Shown piece after piece: positions 1-9,107 of a stretch of 64,000 nt of DNA. Origin of the DNA: Acidobacteriota bacterium (lineage in GTDB: Bacteria > Acidobacteriota > Thermoanaerobaculia > Thermoanaerobaculales > Sulfomarinibacteraceae); the NCBI GenBank assembly GCA_013152895.1, contig JAADFN010000181.1, positions 1,143 through 65,142 on the forward strand. The letters are read 5' to 3'. Positions within the stretch are counted from its first letter, which is position 1. Each line of letters starts with the position of its first letter. The notes under the pieces were generated by a model. It saw only the letters and a program-made list of their open reading frames with translations, searched no databases and had not been told where the DNA came from. Both the position numbers and the translations under genes were made by a program.

Positions 1-155
1 CCTTTTCATCCTTCCAGTCGAGCGCAATTATTCCTTATCGCCGGACACAAGGGTCTCAAGCGTTCATAACCTCCGCACAGTGCGCAACATCACGCCGGGG
101 CGGAGGATCGCGGGGTGTATTCTTGGAAAGAGGTTCAACGATGGAAGGTGGTCTC

Positions 156-2000
156 ATGACGCGACTCGCTCCTGTGATCCTGGCGATGGTGGTCGTCATA
201 TCCAGCGGCCGCGCGATGGCCGACCAGCTGGTGGACGACTTCGAGAACCCGGCCGGATGGTCGGCCTGGTCGTTTTCGAACGGGCCGGAATGCCCCGGGG
301 CGGCGGGCAGCCTGGATCGGATCGCCGGAGCTGGCCGCAACGGTTCGACCGCGGCGCGGCTGCGATTCGATTTCACCGGGGGCGGCTGTCACGTGGGGGC
401 GCGGCGTTCGCTGGAGGGGTTTTCCGCCCGTCGGGGGATCTCCTTCTGGCTCGCCGGCGCCGTGCCGGGAACGCGCCTTTTCGTGTGGTTGACCGACGAG
501 ACGGGTCAGGTCTTCGAGACCTACCTGCCGATGCAAAGCTGCGATTCGCGGAGGTGGGTCCGGTACCGGATCCTGGCGGCCGGGGGCGGTCGGTGGTGGG
601 GTGGCGCTGCGGACGGCGTCTTCCACGGTGGAGCCACGGCCTTGGAGATCCTCCTCGATGTCGGCTATGGCGTTCACCGGACCGGGGAGATCTTTCTCGA
701 TGACGTGACGGCCCTGTCGGGGTCGCGTTTCCGGCTCGACCCCTTCGCCGCCGCGGCCGATGCGCCGGTGCTCTTCCGGGGCCGGTTGCACGATCGCCTC
801 GGGGTCAATGTCAACCTGGCATCGCTGAGTACTAGCCGGCTCGATCGCGCCGCGGCTGCAGGGTTCGGCTGGGTGCGGACGGACATGGCATGGGCCCAGG
901 TGGAGCAGGTCCGCGGCTCGTACGACTTTGCGCCTTACGATGCCCTGGTGGACGCCGTCGAGGCGCGCGGGATGCACGCGTTGCTGATTCTCGACTACTT
1001 CAACCCTCTCTACTGCCGGGATCCCGGATGTGACGAACATACCGGCCCCGTGACCGACACGCAGCAGAACGCCTTTGCTGCGTTCGCCGCCGCTGCCGCA
1101 GCCCATTTCGACGGTCGGGCCGTCTCCCTCGAGGTGTGGAACGAGCCCAACAGTACGAGCTTCTGGCGCCCCGAACCCGATCCGGCTGCGTACGGACGAC
1201 TGGCGGCGAAAACGTTGGCCGCGGTTCGAGAGGCGAGCGCTCGCGTGCCGGTGATCGTCGGCGTCACCGCCGGGGTCGATGTGGATTTTCTCGACGCCGC
1301 CCTGGCGGCCGCCGACCTGTCCAGGGCCGATGGGATCAGCGTGCACCCCTACCGGTCCTTCGAGCCCGAGTCGATCGGAGAGGACATGGCCCTGTTGCGG
1401 GAGACCGTCGCGGCGCGCACCGGTCGCCATGACATCCCGGTGATCTCGGGCGAGTGGGGATACACCACGCTGGAGTTGGGCGGGAGCGGCCCGGAGGCCC
1501 TGCAACGGCAGGCAGTGGCGGCCGTGCGGGAGCTCCTGTCGGCACAACTGTACCGGTTGCCCCTGGCGATCTGGTACGACCTGACGGACGACTGTGGCGA
1601 TCCCACCGAGTGGGAGTGCAACTTTGGTCTCCTGTGGGACGATGGCACGACCCCGAAGCCGGCGTGGAACGCCGTAGCGGCCATGAACCGGATCGTCCCC
1701 GGAGGGAAGGTCCAGGTCTCGGACTGTGGCCAGCCGCCGGCGGTCTACTGTCTCGCTTTTCGTGGTACGAACGGCACGGTCGCGGCACTGTGGAGCGGTC
1801 AGGAGGGGACCCAGGTCACGGTACAGCTGCCCGGCTCCCTCGGGGTGGACGTGCTGGACCTGTTTGGCGCGCCGGCCGGTGGAACGGTCTTCGTCGGGAG
1901 GGAGCTCACATTGAGGGAGGAGGATGGCCCGGTGTACCTTCGCGTGCAACGTCGGCCCAGGAGGTCGAAAGGCCGCCTGGTGCCGGCGAGATTGCAGTAA
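156..2000 (+). CDS. Secreted GH5-like glycoside hydrolase with an N-terminal carbohydrate-binding-like domain
   Basis: ORF 123..2000. The ATG at 156 follows GGAAGGTGG. Signal peptide MTRLAPVILAMVVVISSGRAMA. GH5 hallmarks EVWNEPN (acid/base Glu) and ISGEWGY (nucleophile Glu). Confidence 0.75.
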   Translation: MTRLAPVILAMVVVISSGRAMADQLVDDFENPAGWSAWSFSNGPECPGAAGSLDRIAGAGRNGSTAARLRFDFTGGGCHVGARRSLEGFSARRGISFWLAGAVPGTRLFVWLTDETGQVFETYLPMQSCDSRRWVRYRILAAGGGRWWGGAADGVFHGGATALEILLDVGYGVHRTGEIFLDDVTALSGSRFRLDPFAAAADAPVLFRGRLHDRLGVNVNLASLSTSRLDRAAAAGFGWVRTDMAWAQVEQVRGSYDFAPYDALVDAVEARGMHALLILDYFNPLYCRDPGCDEHTGPVTDTQQNAFAAFAAAAAAHFDGRAVSLEVWNEPNSTSFWRPEPDPAAYGRLAAKTLAAVREASARVPVIVGVTAGVDVDFLDAALAAADLSRADGISVHPYRSFEPESIGEDMALLRETVAARTGRHDIPVISGEWGYTTLELGGSGPEALQRQAVAAVRELLSAQLYRLPLAIWYDLTDDCGDPTEWECNFGLLWDDGTTPKPAWNAVAAMNRIVPGGKVQVSDCGQPPAVYCLAFRGTNGTVAALWSGQEGTQVTVQLPGSLGVDVLDLFGAPAGGTVFVGRELTLREEDGPVYLRVQRRPRRSKGRLVPARLQ

Positions 2001-2313
2001 GCTGCCGCAGCCGCCGTGGCGGTCTTCCATGTTTCCTGATTCGTGAGCTCCTTCCGTGTGGTGCCGTCCGATCGGATCATCCGGGCGTCGAGGCCGAAGA
2101 ATGGCGGGACGGTCGCTTCCCGTCGTCTCCCGGGGTGATGACCTGACGCTTCCAGATGCGTCGCAGGGTGATTCCCGGCTGCCGGCGGGTGAGACGCTCG
2201 CTGCCACGATCCGTCGTGAGTTTTTGCTCCTCACGGGCGGGCGTGGTGGGGTACCCTTGCAGGGTGTAGGTGATGCGGCAACCCGACGGGATGTGTACCG
2301 GGAGGGGACGGCG

Positions 2314-2703
2314 ATGGGGAAGGCTCAAAGCGGCGAGAGAACCGTGAGCGATGGCGGCCGGACGGTGTCGGCGTGGTGGCGGTGGGTGGGGGAGGATCTC
2401 GTCATGGTGATCGGGGGTGGAGCGCGGCCCCACGTGGGCTCGGTGGTGCTGGCGCAGCCCCGGCCGTCGAGCGCGAAACCGGGGCGGCGCTCGGCGACGG
2501 TTTCGGTGTTGAACATTCCGCCGCACAAGGACGAGGCGGTTGCACGCTCGATGGCCGAGACGCTTGCCGTCGAGCTCGGATGCACGGTGGTCGTGACGGC
2601 GGGGATCCACGAGGACGGGCTCGATGCGGCCGGAATCGAGAGCTATCTCGAGCTGGCCGGGCGGCTGGCGCGCGAGCTCATGCGCGCCGTCCGGGTGAGG
2701 TGA
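2314..2703 (+). CDS. LpdD-like small protein (prenylated-flavin chaperone-like fold)
   Basis: The ATG at 2314 follows GGAGGGGA. GGGARPHVGSVV...PPHKDEAVARSMAETLA...CTVVVTAGIHEDGL parallels the GGTNPHIGDV...HKD...TAGIH pattern I recall from Lactobacillus LpdD. Confidence 0.55.
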   Translation: MGKAQSGERTVSDGGRTVSAWWRWVGEDLVMVIGGGARPHVGSVVLAQPRPSSAKPGRRSATVSVLNIPPHKDEAVARSMAETLAVELGCTVVVTAGIHEDGLDAAGIESYLELAGRLARELMRAVRVR

Positions 2704-2709
2704 GAGGGA

Positions 2710-4767
2710 GTGCTCGCGGCGGTCGCCTTCTTCCTGTTCGTGCTCGTGGCCGGCCTGTGCGGCTATGCGCTGCTCGTCCGCCTCGGGTTGCCCGACGGCG
2801 AGGCGTGGGGGCTGGGACGCGCCGCGGGGCTGGTACTGGTCGCGCTACCGGCCTGGTGGGCCGGGTGTCTCGGGTTCGGAGGGTGGCGCTGGGTGGGTGG
2901 GGCCGTTCTGCTGGCCGGAGGCGCTGCGGGCCTGTGGACGTTGTGGAGACGGCGGCCCGGGTGGCGGGAGCTGGCGGCCGCCGAGGCGGTCTTCACGCTC
3001 GGATGGGTCGCCGTTGGCGTGCTGCGCCTCGACCATCCCGCGATTCGGGGGACCGAGAAGCCGATGGATCTCGGGATCTTCGCCACGTTGCTCCGGGCGC
3101 GGTCGTTCCCGCCCCCGGACATGTGGCTCGCGGGGTTCTCGCTGCCGTACTACTACTGGGGCGCGCTGGTGTGGATCGTGCCTCTCGCGCTCGGCGGGCT
3201 TGGGCTGGGAACGGGGTACAACCTCGTCGTCGCGCTGGTGGGCGGTCTGGTTGCGGTGGGTGTTTGGGTTCTCGCGGGGCGTCTTGCCGGTTCAAAGACC
3301 GCCGCGCTGGCAGCGGTCTTTCTCACGATGTTCGCCGGGACGCCGGACGGCCTCCGCCAGCTCTTCGCGGGCCGGGGCCTGGCGTCGCTCGACTACTGGG
3401 CCTCCTCGCGCCAGGTGCCGCACACGATCACCGAGTTTCCGCTGTTCACGCTGTGGCTGGGGGACCTGCATCCCCACCTGCTCTCGCTGCCGCTTGCACT
3501 CCTGGCGGTGGCGCTGGCGGCTCACGCGGCTCTCAAGGGTCTGCGGCCAGCGAATCTCGCGGCGATCGCGGTTGCCTTCGGCGCGACCTGGGCGGCCAAC
3601 CCGTGGGCGATGCCGCCGACGCTTACGGCGGTCGCGCTGATGCTGATCGCGGGCGACGGGCGGTGGCCGGCCGGGAATGGTCTTCGCCGGTGGGGGGCGG
3701 CGGGCACCGTCGCGATCGGCGGTGGGGTCGCGATGGCGCCGTTCCTGCTGGAGTTTCATCCCCCGTTCCACGGTATCGGCTTCGTCCATGCCTGGACGCC
3801 GTTTCCCGATCTGCTGCTCTACGCGGGGCCGCTTCTCGTCCTCGCCGCCGTCGGGGCGCTTGGGCTGGTCGTCGAGAGGCCGGCGGCCGATCCGTCCCGC
3901 CGGCGGATGTGGATCTGGCTCGTTGCGGCGTGGCTCGTGCTGGTGGCGGCGCTGAGCGGGCGGCCGGTGGCGGTGCTGCTGGCCGGGCTGCTCGCCGTGT
4001 TGGTCTGGTGGAGCGTGGCCACGCACGAGCCGGACCCGGACCGGGGCGCGATCTGGCTTGCGGCCCTGGGCGTCTTTCTCTTCCTGGTTCCAGAGATCAT
4101 CTTCGTCCGCGATCCGTACGGGGCGGAGCTCCACCGGATGAACACGGTGTTCAAGGCGTACTTCCAGGGTTGGGTGTTCCTGGCGGTCGCGGCGCCGGTT
4201 CTCTTCCGGAGGGCGCCGGTGAAGCGGCTCGGCGCGGCGGTGCTCGCCGCTGTGCTCGTTCTCCCAGCGCTTCCCGACCTCGCGGGGATGATGACGGCGC
4301 CGTTTCGCGCCGGACGGTTGGGCGTTGCGGGGCTCGAGTGGATGGATCCGGGCGATCTGGCGGCGGTTTCGCGGCTCAAACGCATGCCGCCCGCAACGGT
4401 GTTGGTCGAGGCCGTCGGAAACGCCTACAGCGATTACGCGCGCCTGTCCTCGGCGTCGGGGGTGCCGGCGGTCCTGGGGTGGAGCAACCACGAGCTGGTG
4501 TGGCGCGGCGGCGGGATCGGGCCGGTGCTCGAACGGCGGCGGAAACTGGTTCGCCGGGTTTACACGTGCGGCTCGGCAAAAACGATCCGCGCTCTGGCGG
4601 AAGAGACGCCCTTCGATGTCATCGCCGTGGGCGGCATGGAGCGCCGGACGTATCCACAGCTTGACGAGGACGCGATCCGGCGGGCGGGACGTGTCATCCT
4701 GGACGGGGAGGGAATGATGCTGGTCGATGTTGGGCGGAGCAAACAGCGGCGCGGGGGTGCGCGATGA
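2710..4767 (+). CDS. DUF2298 / YYY-domain (TIGR03662-like) polytopic membrane protein
   Basis: GTG start at 2710 after GAGGGAG. The protein is highly hydrophobic throughout. The signature DMWLAGFSLPYYYWG carries the YYYxG motif. Confidence 0.8.
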   Translation: MLAAVAFFLFVLVAGLCGYALLVRLGLPDGEAWGLGRAAGLVLVALPAWWAGCLGFGGWRWVGGAVLLAGGAAGLWTLWRRRPGWRELAAAEAVFTLGWVAVGVLRLDHPAIRGTEKPMDLGIFATLLRARSFPPPDMWLAGFSLPYYYWGALVWIVPLALGGLGLGTGYNLVVALVGGLVAVGVWVLAGRLAGSKTAALAAVFLTMFAGTPDGLRQLFAGRGLASLDYWASSRQVPHTITEFPLFTLWLGDLHPHLLSLPLALLAVALAAHAALKGLRPANLAAIAVAFGATWAANPWAMPPTLTAVALMLIAGDGRWPAGNGLRRWGAAGTVAIGGGVAMAPFLLEFHPPFHGIGFVHAWTPFPDLLLYAGPLLVLAAVGALGLVVERPAADPSRRRMWIWLVAAWLVLVAALSGRPVAVLLAGLLAVLVWWSVATHEPDPDRGAIWLAALGVFLFLVPEIIFVRDPYGAELHRMNTVFKAYFQGWVFLAVAAPVLFRRAPVKRLGAAVLAAVLVLPALPDLAGMMTAPFRAGRLGVAGLEWMDPGDLAAVSRLKRMPPATVLVEAVGNAYSDYARLSSASGVPAVLGWSNHELVWRGGGIGPVLERRRKLVRRVYTCGSAKTIRALAEETPFDVIAVGGMERRTYPQLDEDAIRRAGRVILDGEGMMLVDVGRSKQRRGGAR

Positions 4768-7157
4768 GCGAGCGCGTGGTTGTTGATGGCTCGACGGGCG
4801 CCTCCGCAGCACGGAGGCGGGCCTGGATCGCGCTGATCCTGCTGGCCGTTGCGCTGCACCTCTGGGGGCTCGGCGGGCGGTCCTTTCACCACGATGAGTC
4901 AATCCACGCGCGCCTGTCGTGGGATCTTCTCCACGAGGGGAGCTACCGGTACGATCCGACCTACCACGGCCCGCTGCTCTACATGCTGACGGCCGGGACC
5001 TTCGCCGTGCTCGGCGATTCCGACTTCACGGCGCGGATCCCCGCGGCGCTGGCCGGGATCCTGATGCTGGCTGTGGCGTGGAAGCTGCGGCGGCCGTTCG
5101 GAGATCGGGCGGCGTGGTGGACGGGGCTCCTCTTCACGGTCTCCCCGATCTTTCTCTACTACGGACGGTTCCTCAGGATGGACCTGATCGAGGCCGTCAC
5201 GGCGTCGGCGGCGTTCCTGGCGCTCTGGGCGGCCATCCGGGGCTCGGACCGGGCGTGGCCGTGGCTCGGGCTGTGGGCCGGGCTCGCCTTCGCGACGAAG
5301 GAAAACGCGTACGTGACGGTATTCCTGGCCGTGCTTGCTGGGGGGATGACCGGGCTCGCCTTCGGGCCGCGGCAGAGCCTCGCGCGGGCGTTGCGGTGGC
5401 TCACGGCGAAGTGGACGGGGATCGCGACGGCCGTGTCGGTCTTCATCGTGGTGACGATTCCGCTCTACACCGTCGGGTTCACGCACCTGGCGGACTGGTG
5501 CTTTCCGCTCAAGGCGATCGCCTACTGGTGGAAGCAGCACGAGATCGCCCGGGTCGGCGGCCCGTGGTGGTACCACCTGCCGCGTCTGGCCCAGTATGAG
5601 TTCCTGCCGATCCTGCTGGCGCTGATCTGGATCGTGCGGCGACGCAAGCGGCTCAAGCCGGTCGAGATCTTCCTGTTCAGCTTCGGCGTGTTGTCGATCG
5701 GGCTTTACTGCTACCTCGGCGAGAAGACTCCGTGGCTCGAGGTGCACCAGGTCTGGGCGTTCATCCCGCTGGCCGGCGCCCAGTTGGCCAGGACCTTCGG
5801 ACGGCGGGGACGGCGGTGGAGCCGGAGCCTGGCGGCGATCGGCCTGGCCGCGACCCTCGTGGTGTCGTTCGTGGCGTCGTTCGTTCTCGACGAGATCTCG
5901 CCGGCGCAGCGGCGCGTCGAGTCGCTGATCTTCGTCCAGACGTGCCCGGAATTCAGGGACGTTGCCATGGAGGGGCTGCGGCTCGCGCGCTCCAACCCCG
6001 GCGTCGTGGCGGCGGTGTCGGGTGAGGCGGCGTGGCCGCTGATGTGGTACTGGAGAAAGACGGGCGTCATGTGGAGCCTGCCGCATCCCGGGCAGCGTCC
6101 GCCGCTCGTGATCTGCGATCCGGAGACGGAGGCCGAGGCGCGAAGCATCCTCGGCCCTGGGTACAGCCGCCGCCGGATTCCCCTGCGGGCGTGGTGGCTG
6201 ATGTACCAACGCAAACCGTCGCTCGAAGAGATCGCCAGGTACGAGCTGACGCGCATTCCGTGGGGCAGCATCGGGTCGACCGATGTCATCGTGCTGACGC
6301 GTATGAAGAAAACTGCGGCCGTCGTCACCAACGTTCCGGTGCCGAAGCGGTTGCAGGAGGCGTTCGGGGCGGTCTCGATGAAGATGCTCGGGACCGGCTG
6401 GCTCGGCGAGCCGCGCGGAATCTCGATCCGTTCCGGCCGTATTGCCGTGGCCGACGCCGCGCTCTCCCAGGTGATGATCCTCGATCCAGCCGGAACGGCG
6501 CGCCGCGTCGACGTTGGAGGGCTCAACCAGCCGGAATCCGTGGTCTGGGCCGGGGCGAACACGTTGCTGGTCGCAGACACGTGGAGCCAGCGGGTTGTTC
6601 GTGTCAATGTCGCCACGGGCCGGGAGGAGACGCTTCCGGCGCCACGGGACGGCTGGTACGGGCCGCGCGGCATCGCGATCGGGCCGGATGGCTCGGTGGC
6701 CGTGACGGACACCGGCCACAAGCGGATCATTCTCTACGCCCCGGATCTCCATCATCGTACGGTGATCGGGCACCCGGGGACCGGCCGGGGTGGCCTGATC
6801 GAGCCGGTCGGGATCGCCTGGCTCGACCGGCAATCTTTCGTCGTGTGCGACACCGGGAACCGCCGGCTCGAAGTCTTCACGACGGACGGCGTGGTGCGCC
6901 GGATCGTTGGGCTCCCGGCCGCGTGGAGCGACTTCTACTCGAGGCCCCAGATCGCGGTGCTGGGGCCTCGCGACTGGATCGTCAGCGATACGCCGGGCAA
7001 GGCGCTGTGGCGGATCCGCGGCACGACCGTCGAGCGCATTGCACTCGGTAGGCTCGGTATGGATCCCACCGGCGTGGCGTGGGACGCCGCCGGGCACGAG
7101 CTGGCCATCGGCGATCTCTCAGGTAAAGTATGGGTGCTGGAGGTTCCCCGTGGGTGA
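4764..7157 (+). CDS. TIGR03663/Agl23-like GT-C-type membrane glycosyltransferase-like protein with a C-terminal NHL-repeat beta-propeller
   Basis: ATGA overlap with the upstream gene. N-terminal WGLGGRSFHHDESIHA loop motif followed by many TM segments. The C-terminal ~250 aa carry NHL repeats (PRGIAIGPDGSVAVTDTGHKRIILY, PVGIAWLDRQSFVVCDTGNRRLEVF). Confidence 0.8.
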   Translation: MSERVVVDGSTGASAARRRAWIALILLAVALHLWGLGGRSFHHDESIHARLSWDLLHEGSYRYDPTYHGPLLYMLTAGTFAVLGDSDFTARIPAALAGILMLAVAWKLRRPFGDRAAWWTGLLFTVSPIFLYYGRFLRMDLIEAVTASAAFLALWAAIRGSDRAWPWLGLWAGLAFATKENAYVTVFLAVLAGGMTGLAFGPRQSLARALRWLTAKWTGIATAVSVFIVVTIPLYTVGFTHLADWCFPLKAIAYWWKQHEIARVGGPWWYHLPRLAQYEFLPILLALIWIVRRRKRLKPVEIFLFSFGVLSIGLYCYLGEKTPWLEVHQVWAFIPLAGAQLARTFGRRGRRWSRSLAAIGLAATLVVSFVASFVLDEISPAQRRVESLIFVQTCPEFRDVAMEGLRLARSNPGVVAAVSGEAAWPLMWYWRKTGVMWSLPHPGQRPPLVICDPETEAEARSILGPGYSRRRIPLRAWWLMYQRKPSLEEIARYELTRIPWGSIGSTDVIVLTRMKKTAAVVTNVPVPKRLQEAFGAVSMKMLGTGWLGEPRGISIRSGRIAVADAALSQVMILDPAGTARRVDVGGLNQPESVVWAGANTLLVADTWSQRVVRVNVATGREETLPAPRDGWYGPRGIAIGPDGSVAVTDTGHKRIILYAPDLHHRTVIGHPGTGRGGLIEPVGIAWLDRQSFVVCDTGNRRLEVFTTDGVVRRIVGLPAAWSDFYSRPQIAVLGPRDWIVSDTPGKALWRIRGTTVERIALGRLGMDPTGVAWDAAGHELAIGDLSGKVWVLEVPRG

Positions 7158-8142
7158 GCGCCCCGAGATCAGCGTCGTCGTCCCCGCGTTCAACGAGGAG
7201 GCGAACGTCGTGCCGATGGTCGAGCGCCTGGTGGCGGCGCTCGACGGCGTCGTCGAGGGCTTCGAGATCGTCTTCATCGACGACGGCTCGAAGGACCGCA
7301 CGTGGGCCGAGGTTGCGGCGCTGGCCGAACGGGACCGGCGGGTGCGCGGCGTGCGATTCGCCCGCAACTTCGGGCACCAGGCGGCTGTGACGGCCGGGAT
7401 CGACGCGGCACGCGGGACGGCAGTGGTCCTCATCGATGCCGATCTGCAGGACCCGCCCGAGGTGATTCCCGAGCTCGTCGCGAAGTGGCGCGAGGGGTTC
7501 GAGGTCGTGTACGCACAGCGCGAGGCCCGGGAGGGCGAGAGCTGGTTCAAGAAGACGACCGCGGCGTTCTTCTACAGGACGTTGCGGGCGATCACCAACG
7601 TCGACATCCCGCTCGACACGGGGGACTTTCGCCTGATGGGACCCCGGGCGGTCGAGGCGTTCCGGGCGTTTGGAGAACGCAACCGGTTCATCCGCGGCCT
7701 CGTGAGTTGGGTGGGATTCGAGCAGGCCGGGGTCCGGTACCGCCGCCATGCGCGGAACGCGGGCGAGACGAAGTACCCGTTGAAGAAGATGATCCGCTTC
7801 GCGATCGACGGCATCACGTCGTTTTCGTTCCTGCCGTTGCGGCTGGCGACCTGGCTCGGCTTCGCCGTCTCGGCCCTGGCCTTCGTCTACATCGTGGTCG
7901 TCATCGGCCTCAAGCTCGCCGGGATCAACTGGCCCGGCTACACGTCGCTGATGGCGTCGATCCTCTTCCTCGGAGGCGTGCAGCTGATCATGATCGGTAT
8001 CCTCGGCGAGTACCTCGGGCGGGTCTTCGACGAGGTCAAGCAGCGGCCGCTCTACCTCGTGGGAGAGAGCACCGACGGGACCGTTCCCGTCGTCGGGAGG
8101 GCCCGCGGCCGGGAGCGGGGCGATGACGAGGCCGGGCGATGA
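7150..8142 (+). CDS. GT2 polyprenyl-phosphate glycosyltransferase (GtrB/ArnC/DPM1-like) with a C-terminal TM pair
   Basis: GTG at 7150 overlaps the upstream stop. Motifs ISVVVPAFNEE, FIDDGSKDRT and IDADLQDPPE. The C-terminus is hydrophobic (FLPLRLATWLGF..., LFLGGVQLIMIGILGEY). Confidence 0.85.
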   Translation: MGERPEISVVVPAFNEEANVVPMVERLVAALDGVVEGFEIVFIDDGSKDRTWAEVAALAERDRRVRGVRFARNFGHQAAVTAGIDAARGTAVVLIDADLQDPPEVIPELVAKWREGFEVVYAQREAREGESWFKKTTAAFFYRTLRAITNVDIPLDTGDFRLMGPRAVEAFRAFGERNRFIRGLVSWVGFEQAGVRYRRHARNAGETKYPLKKMIRFAIDGITSFSFLPLRLATWLGFAVSALAFVYIVVVIGLKLAGINWPGYTSLMASILFLGGVQLIMIGILGEYLGRVFDEVKQRPLYLVGESTDGTVPVVGRARGRERGDDEAGR

Positions 8143-9107
8143 CCGGCGGCGATCGTCCCGCCGCCTTCGGAGGACCGGGATGGTCGCCGCGGACACGAAC
8201 GCTTCGGCAGGAGATCGGTCCGATCTGGTCGCGCTGCGGCGTCGACACGGAATGGATGCCGCTCAAACGGGTGCTCGTGCACGCCCCCGGCCGGGAGCTC
8301 GCGGCATCGGCCGATCCGGGCGCGGTTCAGATGCTTGCGCCGGTCGATCTGGACGTGGCCCGGCGGCAGCACGAGGCGCTCGTGGCGGCGTACCGGCGTC
8401 TCGGTGTCGGCGTGGAGCTGATCGAGCCCGAGGGTGATGTTCCTCCGAACCTGGTGTTTGTCGCCGACCTGTTCCTGATGACGCCGGAGGGCGCCATCGT
8501 CGGGCGGCCGGCCTCGACGGTCCGGGCCGGCGAGGAACGGCACGTGGCCCGGCGCCTGGCGGCGCTCGGGATCCCCATCCTGCGAAGCATCCGGGGGTGC
8601 GGAACCTTCGAAGGCGCCGACGCGCTCTGGCTTGCTCCCACGAAGGTCGTGGTGGGCGTGGGCTTTCGCACCAACCGGGAGGGGTTCCAGCAGGTGGCCT
8701 CGTGCCTCGGGGAGCTCGGTGCCGATGCCGTGGAGGTGGCGCTTCCCCAAGGAGCGATGCACCTGATGGGCACGCTGCGCCTTCTCGACCGTGATCTGGC
8801 GATCGCGTGGCCCGGGCGTCTTGGGCAACGTACCCGTGCGATCCTCGAAGAGGCCGGCTTCGACGTGCTTCTCGTGCCTGACACGGACGAGCTGACGCGC
8901 GGTCAGGCGCTGAACGTGGTCGTTGTGAAGCCCCGCACGGTCCTGATGCCCGCGGGCAATCCAGAGACGCGCCGGTGGCTCGAAGGGCACGGCGTCACGT
9001 GCATCGAAGTGGAGGTTTCGGAGCTCGCCAAGGCCGCGGGTGGGATCGCCTGCATGAGCGGCGTTCTCGAACGAGGGCCGGCGCAGCCGGCGGACGGGGC
9101 GATGTGA
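8139..9107 (+). CDS. Amidinotransferase-fold enzyme (DDAH / arginine deiminase-related)
   Basis: ATGA overlap at 8139. FEGADALWL, HLMGTL and a C-terminal GGIACMSG putative Cys nucleophile are typical of the guanidino-modifying superfamily. Confidence 0.7.
   Translation: MTGGDRPAAFGGPGWSPRTRTLRQEIGPIWSRCGVDTEWMPLKRVLVHAPGRELAASADPGAVQMLAPVDLDVARRQHEALVAAYRRLGVGVELIEPEGDVPPNLVFVADLFLMTPEGAIVGRPASTVRAGEERHVARRLAALGIPILRSIRGCGTFEGADALWLAPTKVVVGVGFRTNREGFQQVASCLGELGADAVEVALPQGAMHLMGTLRLLDRDLAIAWPGRLGQRTRAILEEAGFDVLLVPDTDELTRGQALNVVVVKPRTVLMPAGNPETRRWLEGHGVTCIEVEVSELAKAAGGIACMSGVLERGPAQPADGAM

Noticed and set aside
135-2234. A 699-aa ORF antisense to the GH5-like gene. Similar very long ORFs are 2373..4664 (+), 3292..4902 (-), 4899..7097 (-), 8052..9239 (-) and 10272..12014 (-).
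   Set aside because: Each overlaps a motif-supported gene on the other strand or in another frame. They are Arg/Pro/Gly/His-rich with no recognisable motif, which is typical of stop-codon-poor shadow frames in high-GC DNA.
2001-2313. The 313-nt gap after the GH5 gene, with a CGTGAG...CTCACG hairpin (about 2213-2233) and minus-strand reading frames that looked faintly protein-like (RITYTLQGYP...).
   Set aside because: The hairpin has no U tract on either strand. I could not tie the reading frames to any family, and there is no start/RBS context. Left unannotated.
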